DNA from: Candidatus Saccharimonadota bacterium
GTDB lineage: Bacteria > Patescibacteriota > Saccharimonadia > Saccharimonadales > JAXHNE01
NCBI GenBank assembly: GCA_034520885.1
Contig: JAXHNE010000002.1
Span: 4,787-68,786, forward strand
Direction of reading: 5' to 3'
Length of the DNA stretch: 64,000 nucleotides
In this document: positions 28,676-40,156 of the stretch, piece after piece
Numbering within the stretch: the first letter of the stretch is position 1
Layout: each line of letters starts with the position of its first letter
Program-made: the position numbers and the translations under genes
Notes under the pieces: generated by a model
Seen by the model: the letters and a program-made list of their open reading frames with translations, nothing else
What the model was told of the DNA's origin: nothing
Databases searched by the model: none

Positions 28676-29361
28676 ATCTTACCCTCTTTGTATTTTCCAC
28701 CGGCGCGGTCACTGATAATTTTACCGTCTTCCAACACCACGACCCGCCGCTTGAGCTTATTAACGATGTCTTGGTTGTGCGTAGTCAAAAGCACGGTGGT
28801 GCCGTAGTGGTTGATTTTTTCCAATACTTTAATGACTTCCCAGGCGTGCTTGGGGTCAAGATTACCGGTAGGCTCGTCGGCTATTAAAATCTTTGGCTGG
28901 CGAACCACGGATCTGGCAATGGCCACCCGCTGTATCTCGCCGCCGGAAAGTTCATGCGGATAACGCTTGTCTTTGCCCCGTAGGCCGACGATTTCCAAAA
29001 CTTTGGGAACGGTGTGCTGGATTTCCTTGTTGCCGTAGCCGACAATCTCCAGCGCGAAAGCCACGTTTTCGTGCACCGTTTTATTGGGCAGCAGTTTAAA
29101 ATCCTGGAAGACCACGCCGATTTTGCGACGCAGCAGCGGAATGTCCCTGTCTTTCAGTTTGTCGTAGTCGATACCGCCGACCACGATCTTCCCGGAAGTT
29201 GGCCGTTCCTCTTTGGTGAGCAGCTTTAGAACGGTTGATTTGCCCGCCCCGCTGGCGCCGACCAATACCACGAATTCACGCGGTTCTACGTGTAGACTTA
29301 CGCGTTCCAGGGCGCCGTGGCTGCGGCCGTATACTTTGGTGACCCGATCCAGTAGAATCAT
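28672..29361 (-). CDS. ftsE: cell division ATP-binding protein FtsE
   Basis: Walker A GASGAGKST, the signature LSGGEIQRVAIAR, and Walker B ILIADEPTGNLD. The true start is MILLDRVTKVY at 29361, not 29412. Confidence 0.95.
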   Translation of the reverse strand: MILLDRVTKVYGRSHGALERVSLHVEPREFVVLVGASGAGKSTVLKLLTKEERPTSGKIVVGGIDYDKLKDRDIPLLRRKIGVVFQDFKLLPNKTVHENVAFALEIVGYGNKEIQHTVPKVLEIVGLRGKDKRYPHELSGGEIQRVAIARSVVRQPKILIADEPTGNLDPKHAWEVIKVLEKINHYGTTVLLTTHNQDIVNKLKRRVVVLEDGKIISDRAGGKYKEGKI

Positions 29362-29368
29362 TAGCGTT

Positions 29369-29397
29369 ATTATACACTCGTGACACATGCACCACAA
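29369..29397 (-). promoter_or_regulatory. sigma70-type promoter of ftsE giving a leaderless or near-leaderless mRNA
   Basis: Minus-strand TTGTGG (29397-29392), a 17-nt spacer, then TATAAT (29374-29369) preceded by TG. Seven nucleotides later comes the ATG. Confidence 0.6.
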
Positions 29398-29460
29398 CGG
29401 GCAAAAAGGCAAACAAAGTTCGCTTTATTGCCGTTGCTCTTGGCTCAATAAGTAATTTTC
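29378..29460. repeat. 83-bp direct repeat, copy 1 (overlaps the ftsE promoter)
   Basis: Identical by eye to 29673-29755. Confidence 0.85.
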
Positions 29461-29672
29461 CTTTGTGAGTACTCCCTCACCGTATCTCGATACGCCTCAG
29501 TCCGTTCCTCAAGGAGAAATTACTTCTTGAGCTCAAGTGCATGCCTCACGAAACCCGTATATCCATATCCAATTTTCTTCTGCGGTTCTCCTTCACCGTA
29601 CGGACAAGTACGGCTCAGTCTGCGTCCTCAAAGATAAATTGAATCTGGGATCACAAATGTGAGAGTGGTTTA

Positions 29673-29755
29673 TCGTGACACATGCACCACAACGGGCAAA
29701 AAGGCAAACAAAGTTCGCTTTATTGCCGTTGCTCTTGGCTCAATAAGTAATTTTC
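29673..29755. repeat. 83-bp direct repeat, copy 2
   Basis: Identical by eye to 29378-29460, with a period of 295 bp. Confidence 0.85.
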
Positions 29756-29956
29756 GTTTGCGGTGTTCACTCACCGTACCGAAAGTACGCCTCGCTGAAA
29801 CTCCTCACGAGAAATACCAAATGAGCCTCAAGTGTGTGGCTCTGATTGCAAATCGATTATTTAAGGAGAAATTGCTTCTTGAGCTCAAGTGCAAGTCTTA
29901 GGTTACACGAATTTTTATAGCAATTATAACGGTTTTGGAAGAGCCGGATTTTTAAT

Positions 29957-30592
29957 TTATTTTCGGGGTGCCCCTTCCGCGGTGCGGGCTTGAAAAATCG
30001 GATCGATTATTTCCGATTCAATTTCCGAAAGTACGGCAACTTTATGAGAGTCAACGCGTTCGTCGCCTTTTGGATGTGTGGGTATAAAATTCATATAGAA
30101 TGGCTCCAGCCCCAACTCCGGATGAACGCGTACCGAACGCGGATCGTAGGTGCGTTCGTTGGGCGTCTCGGATTTATCATGGTAATCGAGTGAAAGCAAA
30201 GGCTGCGGCTCTAGTGACGCGCTGTTGTCATCGTAGCTAAAACGAGTCACGATTCTGTCCTGGAAACGACGCCCGCCAGCCCCTGGAGGGGATAGCAGCA
30301 TGCGCTCAACTCTTGCTTTTAAAACCACATGTGGCCTCGTATCGGCTAGCGTTCGCAATGTCACCCAGCCCTCCTCGTCTTTAGTAGACCCGTCTGAATC
30401 TGTGGTATTTACCGCCACGCCGCTATAAAGCATCTTGTCCGTAAAGCTCCTTACTCTTTTAAGTAGCTCTTTGTTTTCGGCAACGCTTTGTTCTTCGGCA
30501 TTTTGGCGCTCGCGGGCTTCACGCCTTTGGCGTAAGGCCTCGTTATCTTCCGGTGACATGCGCAACTTTAAAAACTCCGGTGATTTTCTCAT
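29957..30592 (-). CDS. hypothetical protein
   Basis: 211-aa ORF with no motif I recognise. Confidence 0.5.
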   Translation of the reverse strand: MRKSPEFLKLRMSPEDNEALRQRREARERQNAEEQSVAENKELLKRVRSFTDKMLYSGVAVNTTDSDGSTKDEEGWVTLRTLADTRPHVVLKARVERMLLSPPGAGGRRFQDRIVTRFSYDDNSASLEPQPLLSLDYHDKSETPNERTYDPRSVRVHPELGLEPFYMNFIPTHPKGDERVDSHKVAVLSEIESEIIDPIFQARTAEGAPRK

Positions 30593-30661
30593 AAAATAAC
30601 TCCCCGTTATTAACGGGTATTATTATCTATGAACCACTTCTAAACCGCAAGCGTGAGCGGT

Positions 30662-31750
30662 TTAGTCTTTGCCAAGGGTGGCTTCTAAATATGCTTGGAT
30701 GAATTCGTCTATTTGTCCGTCCAGGACTTTGTCGGGATCGGACGACTCGTGCTTGGTGCGCACGTCTTTGACCTGCTTGTACGGGTGCAGTACGTAATTA
30801 CGGATTTGGTTCCCCCACTCCGCGGCTTCGTTCGGCCCTTTCAATTCACTGATTTTTTCGGCGTGTTGCTGAATTTGCAGTTGTGCGAGCCGGGAACGCA
30901 AGATATTCATGGCCGTTTCCTTATTTTGCAGTTGGCTGCGTTCGTTTTGAATGGCCACCACGATACCAGTAGGTTCGTGCGTGACGCGCACCGCGGAATC
31001 AGTGGTGTTAACGCTTTGTCCGCCTTTACCACCGCTGCGGTAGACATCGATTTTCAGGTCTTTTTCGTCTACCTCGACTTCCTCGGGCTCATCGATAACC
31101 GGCATGACTTCCACTTTGGCGAAGCTGGTTTGGCGCAAGTTATCGGAATTGAACGGGCTCAAGCGTACCAACCGGTGCACGCCGTGTTCACTCTTTAATT
31201 TTCCGTAAATATTGGCTCCGGAAACTTCCAACAGCGCGCTTTTGATTCCCGCTTCGTCCCCCGCGGATTGTTCTAATAAATGAACGTCCAGGTTTTGTGA
31301 TTCCGCCCAGCGGGTATACATCCGCAGCAACATTTCCGCCCAGTCCTGCGCGTCCGTCCCGCCCGCGCCGGCATAAATACTCAGGTAAGCGTCGTGGTCA
31401 TCGTACGGCCCGCTTAAAAGTAGCTCGCCCTTTAATGATTCGTAGGTTTTTTGGTTAACGGCCAGTTGGGCTTGGATGTCATCTTGCAGCGCCGGATCGT
31501 CCAGTTCGGCAAGTTCTAACAAATCCGCGGTGTTTTTTCGTAGCTGCGCCCACGGTGTCACCCGTTTTTCCAGCTTGGCGATTTTTTTCATGGCCGCTTG
31601 GGCCGCCAAGTTATCCTGCCAAAAATCCGGCGCTTGGGACTCCACGCGCAACTTCTCCAGCTCTTGGCTTGACCGCTCAATTCGTAGTTGTTCGCAGGCG
31701 TCGTTTACGACCGAATACAAAGCCCGCACTTCATCTAAAACTGTCGACAT
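30662..31750 (-). CDS. prfB: peptide chain release factor 2 (single intact frame)
   Basis: SPF motif (RLSPFNS), GGQ motif (GGKGGQSVNTTDSAVR), and 362 aa from the ATG. Confidence 0.95.
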   Translation of the reverse strand: MSTVLDEVRALYSVVNDACEQLRIERSSQELEKLRVESQAPDFWQDNLAAQAAMKKIAKLEKRVTPWAQLRKNTADLLELAELDDPALQDDIQAQLAVNQKTYESLKGELLLSGPYDDHDAYLSIYAGAGGTDAQDWAEMLLRMYTRWAESQNLDVHLLEQSAGDEAGIKSALLEVSGANIYGKLKSEHGVHRLVRLSPFNSDNLRQTSFAKVEVMPVIDEPEEVEVDEKDLKIDVYRSGGKGGQSVNTTDSAVRVTHEPTGIVVAIQNERSQLQNKETAMNILRSRLAQLQIQQHAEKISELKGPNEAAEWGNQIRNYVLHPYKQVKDVRTKHESSDPDKVLDGQIDEFIQAYLEATLGKD

Positions 31751-31782
31751 GCCTTACATTATACGCAAGATGAACCCGCGAA

Positions 31783-33003
31783 CTAATTTTTGATTTGAAA
31801 GGAGTCAATAATCTTTTGGGCGTTGGCGGAAATTTCGGGATCGTCAACATGACCGGCCACCGCTAACATAATAAAATCGTTATCGGTTAAGCGGGATATA
31901 AGCACGAAATCTCCCAGTTTACTCCCGTCGCGGAACAGATCGCCTTTGATTCGCTCCGCTGGCTCACCGATCAATTCGGTATCCGACTCATCGACGTTTC
32001 TCAGTTCGCCTTCGTTATCACTGGCAACGGTGTCTTTGAACGTTTGACTCAAGTTCTCGTAACTACTCCTAAAAAGGTCACGTTGCTCCTGGGGAAGATT
32101 TTGCGGAATATCATAATAGTAAACGATTACTTGTGATTGGGTGTCCTCGTCCTGGCCTTCTTCCAGTGGTTCGCTGAATACCACGGACTGGTCATCTTCT
32201 TCTTGTTCGTACCCCTCCGGATAACTTATGCTGAACTTTTCGCCTTCGTAGTCCGCCAAAGTCAGGCTATTGCCGAAGACCTGCAGTCCCAGAAATACGC
32301 CGGCCGCGGTAAGCGCCACTAATACGGGTATGGCAATGAAAAGCAGTAGTTTCTTTTTACTTTTGGATTTTTGCGGCGCGGCTTGTTGTGGCGGTTGTGT
32401 ACCACCCATACCGGAGGTTTGCGGTTGCGCGGTTGGTTGTTGGCCTCCACTCGGCGGCGTTGGTGATTGTTGCGGTGGGGTTGGTTGTTGTGGCGGTTGT
32501 GGCGGAGTTGGCTGTTGTGGTGGTTGTGGTGGCGTGGGTTGTTTGCCGGACGTCGTGTCGCCGGTCGGTGGTGTCCCCACAGGGGCGGCCGGCGAAGCTG
32601 CGGGCGCTTGGCTTGGTTGCTGTGGAGCGGTTTGCTGTTGGCCGGGAGACACGGGAGCCGGCTCACCGGCCGCGCCACCGGCTTGTTCCGGTTGCGGAGA
32701 TTGCGGCTGCCCGGCCGAAGCCGGCGCGGGCTCGCTTTGGGTTTCATTATTTTGGGGCGTAGCGTTAGACGGCGGTGTCTCCGAGGGCTTCGGTTCGCCG
32801 GATTGTGGCGCGTTTTTCGGCTGTTCTTCGGGCGGTGGTGACTGCGGCGTTATGACTTGTGGCCGCGGAGAAGCCGGTGGCTGGGACTCCGGCGCGGGGG
32901 GTTCATTATTCTTTTGTGCATCCGGCTGAGGTTGGGGTTGCTGCGGCTGCGGGGTTTGTTGGGGCGCGGCATTATTGGCCTGGTCTTCTTGTTTGGGATC
33001 CAT
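31783..33003 (-). CDS. membrane-anchored protein with a roughly 215-aa Pro/Gln-rich disordered N-terminus
   Basis: PQ-rich low complexity with QPTPPQPPQ repeats, one TM (LLLFIAIPVLVALTAAGVFLGL), and a roughly 165-aa C-terminal domain. Confidence 0.65.
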   Translation of the reverse strand: MDPKQEDQANNAAPQQTPQPQQPQPQPDAQKNNEPPAPESQPPASPRPQVITPQSPPPEEQPKNAPQSGEPKPSETPPSNATPQNNETQSEPAPASAGQPQSPQPEQAGGAAGEPAPVSPGQQQTAPQQPSQAPAASPAAPVGTPPTGDTTSGKQPTPPQPPQQPTPPQPPQQPTPPQQSPTPPSGGQQPTAQPQTSGMGGTQPPQQAAPQKSKSKKKLLLFIAIPVLVALTAAGVFLGLQVFGNSLTLADYEGEKFSISYPEGYEQEEDDQSVVFSEPLEEGQDEDTQSQVIVYYYDIPQNLPQEQRDLFRSSYENLSQTFKDTVASDNEGELRNVDESDTELIGEPAERIKGDLFRDGSKLGDFVLISRLTDNDFIMLAVAGHVDDPEISANAQKIIDSFQIKN

Positions 33004-33071
33004 ATATTTCCTTTATGCTAACTGACCGCCAGTATAAAGCCGTTTCCGGTTAAGCTCAAGCGTTTTGGGAA

Positions 33072-34355
33072 CTAAAAGAGTTTGCCGACTTTTTTATGCA
33101 GATCGGCGGCGGTTCGTTCACTGGCATTGCCCAGTAAACCCATACCCCAGACATTATCGGCGAACATGGCTTCGGTAATGGCCACGATGCGGTTTTTGGA
33201 CACCGCCCGGATACGATCCGGCACGCTATAAAAATCCTCGATCTCGCCGTCGAAAAAGTAACGGCCGCTGTAGCTACCGGCTATACCGGCCACCGTTTGC
33301 CCGCTGCGCTGGTATCTTCCAAGAGCGTACTGTTTGGCCGCGGTAACGTCGTCATCGTGCAGATCGCCCCTGAAAACTTTTCTCAGTTCCCGGGCAATGA
33401 TGTCGTACAGCGCTTCGGCATTTTGCGGCATAATCTGCGCGCCGATCCACCAGTTGCTACTATCACGGGTTTGGCCGTAACCGGAACTCACGTGGTAGGC
33501 CAGGCCGCGTTCCCGCGCGTTACCCAAAATTCGCGAATACAGGGTTTCGGTGAACATCATATTAATAAGACTCAGCGCGTCTTGCTCCGGATCGCGCATC
33601 CGGCGATTCATGAAAGTATCGATGTAAAAATACAGATTTTCCACGGTTTTGTTTTTAATCACCAGTGGCTTAGTGAGCGTACGGGGCACTTCATGGGGTA
33701 GCTCCAAGCGGGTGTCGCCGGGGGCAAGTTCCAGATTTTCAAGATACTGCTTAATGAACTTGCGCCGTTTCGGGGTGATTTTTCCGGCAATCACGAAACG
33801 CAAATTTTGCAGCGTATGCGTGGATTTGTAGTGGGCTTTTATGTCGGGCAAATTGACGTTTTCAATTAGTCTGAGCCGCTCATGATCGGTCATGGCGTAA
33901 AACCCGAAGGCCTCGCGCAGCGCCAGGCTCAAATGCCGGAAATGCCCGTTGCTGCGGGCCATAAGTTCCTCGCGGACGTTGCCGTACTCGGCTTTGAATT
34001 CCTCCTCCAAAAATAGCGGCCGGCTCATGGCGGTACCGATTAAGTCCAGAATGCGATCCCACTCAAAGTCGGCGCACTCCGCTTCGTAGGTAATGTCGTA
34101 CGCGCCGGTGCTAGCGTTACAATAGGCGCCGTTTTTTTCGAACTCCTCCTGAAACGTGCGGGCTTTGCGGTGCGACTCGTTGGCGCCCATCATCAGGTGC
34201 TCCATTAAATGCGGGGTTTCCCATTTGTCGCGATCCACTAAATACTCCCCCGCCCGAAAATTGAATTCAAAATTCATCACGCTGGCATCGGGAACATGAA
34301 TCAATAACCCGGCCGCGCCGCTGGGGAGGGTTACTTCGCTGACTTTGTGCTTCAC
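33072..34355 (-). CDS. M16 (pitrilysin/insulinase) family zinc peptidase
   Basis: Inverted zincin motif HLMEH near the N-terminus, 427 aa. Confidence 0.85.
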   Translation of the reverse strand: MKHKVSEVTLPSGAAGLLIHVPDASVMNFEFNFRAGEYLVDRDKWETPHLMEHLMMGANESHRKARTFQEEFEKNGAYCNASTGAYDITYEAECADFEWDRILDLIGTAMSRPLFLEEEFKAEYGNVREELMARSNGHFRHLSLALREAFGFYAMTDHERLRLIENVNLPDIKAHYKSTHTLQNLRFVIAGKITPKRRKFIKQYLENLELAPGDTRLELPHEVPRTLTKPLVIKNKTVENLYFYIDTFMNRRMRDPEQDALSLINMMFTETLYSRILGNARERGLAYHVSSGYGQTRDSSNWWIGAQIMPQNAEALYDIIARELRKVFRGDLHDDDVTAAKQYALGRYQRSGQTVAGIAGSYSGRYFFDGEIEDFYSVPDRIRAVSKNRIVAITEAMFADNVWGMGLLGNASERTAADLHKKVGKLF

Positions 34356-34508
34356 TGCGTCAACTCCTTTCGGAGTTGAAGTATGAAGTATTTCGTATGA
34401 AGTATAAAGGTTAATGAACTCCCGGCTTGGTCCTCACTTGAGATAAAATGCATATGTCTTACTTCTTAATCCGTGCTTCTTTTTACGTATTACTTTTTGC
34501 TTTACTCG

Positions 34509-37106
<2,598 letters not shown>

Positions 37107-37199
37107 ATTTTCGTACTAACCCCTCTCCACGGTCTGTCATATGTCGATTACGTCAGCGTACATTCTACCTTAAATTATGGACAGATGTAAGAGTGTTTA

Positions 37200-37420
37200 T
37201 GCGTTCGAGTAGTGAGTTATGAGTGCTGAGTAGTGAGTTCTGTGTAAATGATAATAAAGACTTTTTGTGTTCCTTCGCGGAATTATCGCCTTCCTCTCTT
37301 TTTAAAACCGTGAATTACTAAAAACCAAAACTACACCCCTAAAAATTTAATTTAAATTTAATTTAAATTAAATTTCCTACCTCTGTTTTAACGCCTATTC
37401 TTTGCACATAATTATGCAAA
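37200..37420. repeat. foldback-family fragment with GAGTAGTGA words and a 33-bp AT-only near-palindrome
   Basis: GAGTAGTGAGTTATGAGTGCTGAGTAGTGAGTT at 37207-37243 (compare CTGAGTAGTGAGTGGTGAGC at 14684-14703). AAATTTAATTTAAATTTAATTTAAATTAAATTT at 37343-37375. A TTTGCA/TGCAAA hairpin at 37401-37420. Confidence 0.6.
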
Positions 37421-37473
37421 AACTTAAACTTTACCCCTGTTTAGCACACTAATCGGTGTTGTTGCGGTTTTGA

Positions 37474-37842
37474 CTAGACGCTGGATCGGTTATTCCGCTT
37501 CATGCGGGCGAGCACTTTGTGGTGAAACTTTTTGTGAGTGTGCTTGTCTTTGTACTTTCGCATTTGGTTTTTTAGTTTTGCCTCCACGATATCCACCGCG
37601 GCAAAAGGATTCACGGTAGTTTCCTTAGCGGTAAGCGTTTCTTGTTTAAGCTTTAAAACGACTTCGGCAGTGTGCTGCGGTTTGCCCTTGTTTTTGGATT
37701 CTTTAATAAACACTTCCCCGTGCGCCGATTCGCGGGCGTGCTTGGGTAAAAAGCGATCCAGTTTACCAATCTTTTTATTAATGTACTTTTTTAGATCGTC
37801 CGAAACTTGCGTGTGTACACCGGTTAGCTCCAGCTTGATCAT
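37474..37842 (-). CDS. hpf: ribosome hibernation promoting factor (HPF/RaiA family)
   Basis: MIKLELTGVHTQVSDDLKKYINKKIGKLDRF... is the typical sigma54-modulation/HPF fold pattern. Confidence 0.85.
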   Translation of the reverse strand: MIKLELTGVHTQVSDDLKKYINKKIGKLDRFLPKHARESAHGEVFIKESKNKGKPQHTAEVVLKLKQETLTAKETTVNPFAAVDIVEAKLKNQMRKYKDKHTHKKFHHKVLARMKRNNRSSV

Positions 37843-37862
37843 GTTTGCCCTCCTAAACTTTT

Positions 37863-39164
37863 TTAGATTATTTCCGCACCGTTCATGTACGGGCGCAGCA
37901 CCTCCGGCACCACGAGCTTCCCGTCATCGGTTTGGTTATTCTCAATAATCGCCACCATAATTCTCCCCAGCGCAAATGCGGTGGCGTCGTTGGTATGCGC
38001 GAATTCTAGTTCGCCGTCTTCGCGTTTAAAGCGCGTTTTTAATCTTCGAGCCTGGTAGTCCGTCATGTAATCCGCGGTGTGTGTTTCGCGGTATTTGCCC
38101 TGACCTGGCATCCACGTATCAATGTCAACACCACGTGCGTTGGGTTTACCGATATCCGCAGTACATTTTTGAACAAGTTGATACGGCAGCCCTAATCGTT
38201 GCACTAAATATTCCTGTATGGCTATGAAGAATTTGTGCTCATTCAAGCCATGAGCCGCGAGCGTAAAGCTTTCCATTTCCAATTTATCAAACTGGTGCAT
38301 GCGAATAATGCCTTCGGTGTCTTTTCCGTAGGTTCCAGCTTCTTTGCGAAAGCTGGTCGCAAACCCAAGGTAACGACGCACCGGGCCGTCTTCTTCGCGT
38401 AGAATTTCATCCGCGAACATAGAACCGATAGTGTGCTCGGCACTCCCTTGTAACCACAGTTCCTCGCCTTCAATTTTGTAGCGATCATCACGCGGCTCCA
38501 AGCGATCCATCGCGTCATACATATCGGTATTAATCAGGTACGGCGGTAAAATCGGGGTGAAAGGCGTTGGTTGAACGGCAAGTTCGTTATCGGCAATGAT
38601 CTTTTCCAGTACTTCTTTATCCGTCAATTGCGATAACACGAACTGAATGATCGCGAATTCCAGTAAAACGAGATCACCGGCCAAGTAAGCAAAGCGGGAA
38701 CCGGCTACCTTGGCAGCCCGCTCTTTATCGATCCAACCCCTTTGCTCTCCAAGCTCCCAATGCGACTTTGGTTGAAAATCAAATTCCGGTTTATCGCCCC
38801 ATGTTTTCACTACTTGGTTTTGTTCTTCGCTCTCCCCCACTGGGACGTCGTCCAGTGGCATGTTGGGGACTTGTTTGAGCAGCTCGTGATATTCTTTGTC
38901 GATGCTGGCGAGCTTGTGCTCCAAATCAGCGGACTTTTCTTTGAGCGTTTTGCCGGCGGCGATTTGCTCGTCACTGGGCTTTTGCCCTTTGGTGTTTTCC
39001 GCCAGTTCGTTACGTTGGCGGCGGACTTCCTCTACCTCTTGAATCAAATCCCGGCGCTTTTCGTCGAACCCCAGAAGCTGCTTGACGTCGACCGGATAGC
39101 CCTTTTGCGCGGACTTTTCTTGGACGAGATCAGGATTCTCCCGAATAAACTGTACGTCGATCAT
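37863..39164 (-). CDS. serS: serine--tRNA ligase
   Basis: MIDVQFIRENPD at the N-terminus, a coiled-coil arm, and class II motifs. 433 aa. Confidence 0.95.
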   Translation of the reverse strand: MIDVQFIRENPDLVQEKSAQKGYPVDVKQLLGFDEKRRDLIQEVEEVRRQRNELAENTKGQKPSDEQIAAGKTLKEKSADLEHKLASIDKEYHELLKQVPNMPLDDVPVGESEEQNQVVKTWGDKPEFDFQPKSHWELGEQRGWIDKERAAKVAGSRFAYLAGDLVLLEFAIIQFVLSQLTDKEVLEKIIADNELAVQPTPFTPILPPYLINTDMYDAMDRLEPRDDRYKIEGEELWLQGSAEHTIGSMFADEILREEDGPVRRYLGFATSFRKEAGTYGKDTEGIIRMHQFDKLEMESFTLAAHGLNEHKFFIAIQEYLVQRLGLPYQLVQKCTADIGKPNARGVDIDTWMPGQGKYRETHTADYMTDYQARRLKTRFKREDGELEFAHTNDATAFALGRIMVAIIENNQTDDGKLVVPEVLRPYMNGAEII

Positions 39165-39364
39165 ATGCCCCAGTATAACGCATTTGAGGATTGAAATTGA
39201 GTCTTACTTTTTGGATTTAATAGCGTCGATGGCCAACTGCGTGCAGACCCAAGCTTTTTTTGAAAGCTACCAAAAAAGCAATACTTGCAAGTGTTTGCAA
39301 GGAGCCTCCTTGCAAACAAAGAAAATGTGGTGTGGTAGGTTTTACGGCTTTCGTTGTTTCATCC

Positions 39365-40150
39365 TTACCGAGATTTAATGGCGTCGATGGCCAGTTTGGT
39401 GCGAGTTTTGGCGTATTCGCAGTGTTCGCAGGGGCCGCCCATGGCCGCGGTACCGACCTCCGGCATGTCGCCGTCCATGGCTTCTTTCATTTTCACTAAT
39501 GTATCATCCACCCAGTCGGAGCTTCCGTGGTGCGGGAACACGTGCGTTTCGAACTCTACCCGGTCGTTAAACCCGTCGCGGTCCTGCATGCCGGTGGCGT
39601 ACACGAAATACCCGGTGTCGCTTACTTGGAACCCGTTTTGCTTGAGCAGCCACTGATAAATTTCCATTTGCCTACGGTACATATCATGCCACGTGCCTTC
39701 CGGACGCAGGGCTTTGACCGGCTCGGCTTTGGACGTCGCCTTATAATCCACCACGATTAGCTCGCCGGCGGGATTGATCCATACATCGTCAACCGCGCCG
39801 AAGATATGCAAGTTGGTCGGCTCGTGCCGGGTTGCCACGCCGGTAAAATTGGCGCGCCAGGTGTCCATGTCCTTGTGTTTGTACGGAATGGCGTCCACTT
39901 CGAACTTTTTCATGAGCGGGTGCGGCGTACCGGCTTCGCGGTGAATGTCGAACTCTTTTTTGAATAACTCGTCGATTGCTTTATTGATATTAAACGGCGG
40001 ACTGCTGGGGCGTCTGATTTTTAGCCGTACGTCCAACCAAAAACAGCGCGGGCACTGCATGAACAGCTCGATCTTGCTGCGCGATACTTTGAACGGCTCT
40101 TTTTGCCCGGGCTGATACGGCTGATTGCGTTGCTTCCAATAATTCCCCAT
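39365..40150 (-). CDS. PD-(D/E)XK nuclease family protein (Cas4/RecB-like with Cys cluster)
   Basis: QCPRCFW ... GAVDDVW...VVDYKAT ... CEHCEY, i.e. a nuclease core plus four-Cys ligands. Confidence 0.75.
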   Translation of the reverse strand: MGNYWKQRNQPYQPGQKEPFKVSRSKIELFMQCPRCFWLDVRLKIRRPSSPPFNINKAIDELFKKEFDIHREAGTPHPLMKKFEVDAIPYKHKDMDTWRANFTGVATRHEPTNLHIFGAVDDVWINPAGELIVVDYKATSKAEPVKALRPEGTWHDMYRRQMEIYQWLLKQNGFQVSDTGYFVYATGMQDRDGFNDRVEFETHVFPHHGSSDWVDDTLVKMKEAMDGDMPEVGTAAMGGPCEHCEYAKTRTKLAIDAIKSR

Positions 40151-40156
40151 AGATAA

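Noticed and set aside
30662-31750. Programmed +1 frameshift in prfB
   Set aside because: The gene is a single uninterrupted 362-codon frame from an ATG with a full N-terminal domain. There is no internal in-frame UGA near codon 25.
32270-32929. 219-aa Gly/Cys-rich ORF and several other 100+ aa ORFs (32319-32747, 32388-32762, 32467-32841) overlapping the Pro/Gln-rich gene
   Set aside because: These are mirror or shifted frames of the low-complexity CCN/CAR repeat region of 31783-33003. That composition keeps all frames open. Only the minus-strand frame continues into a TM helix and a globular domain.
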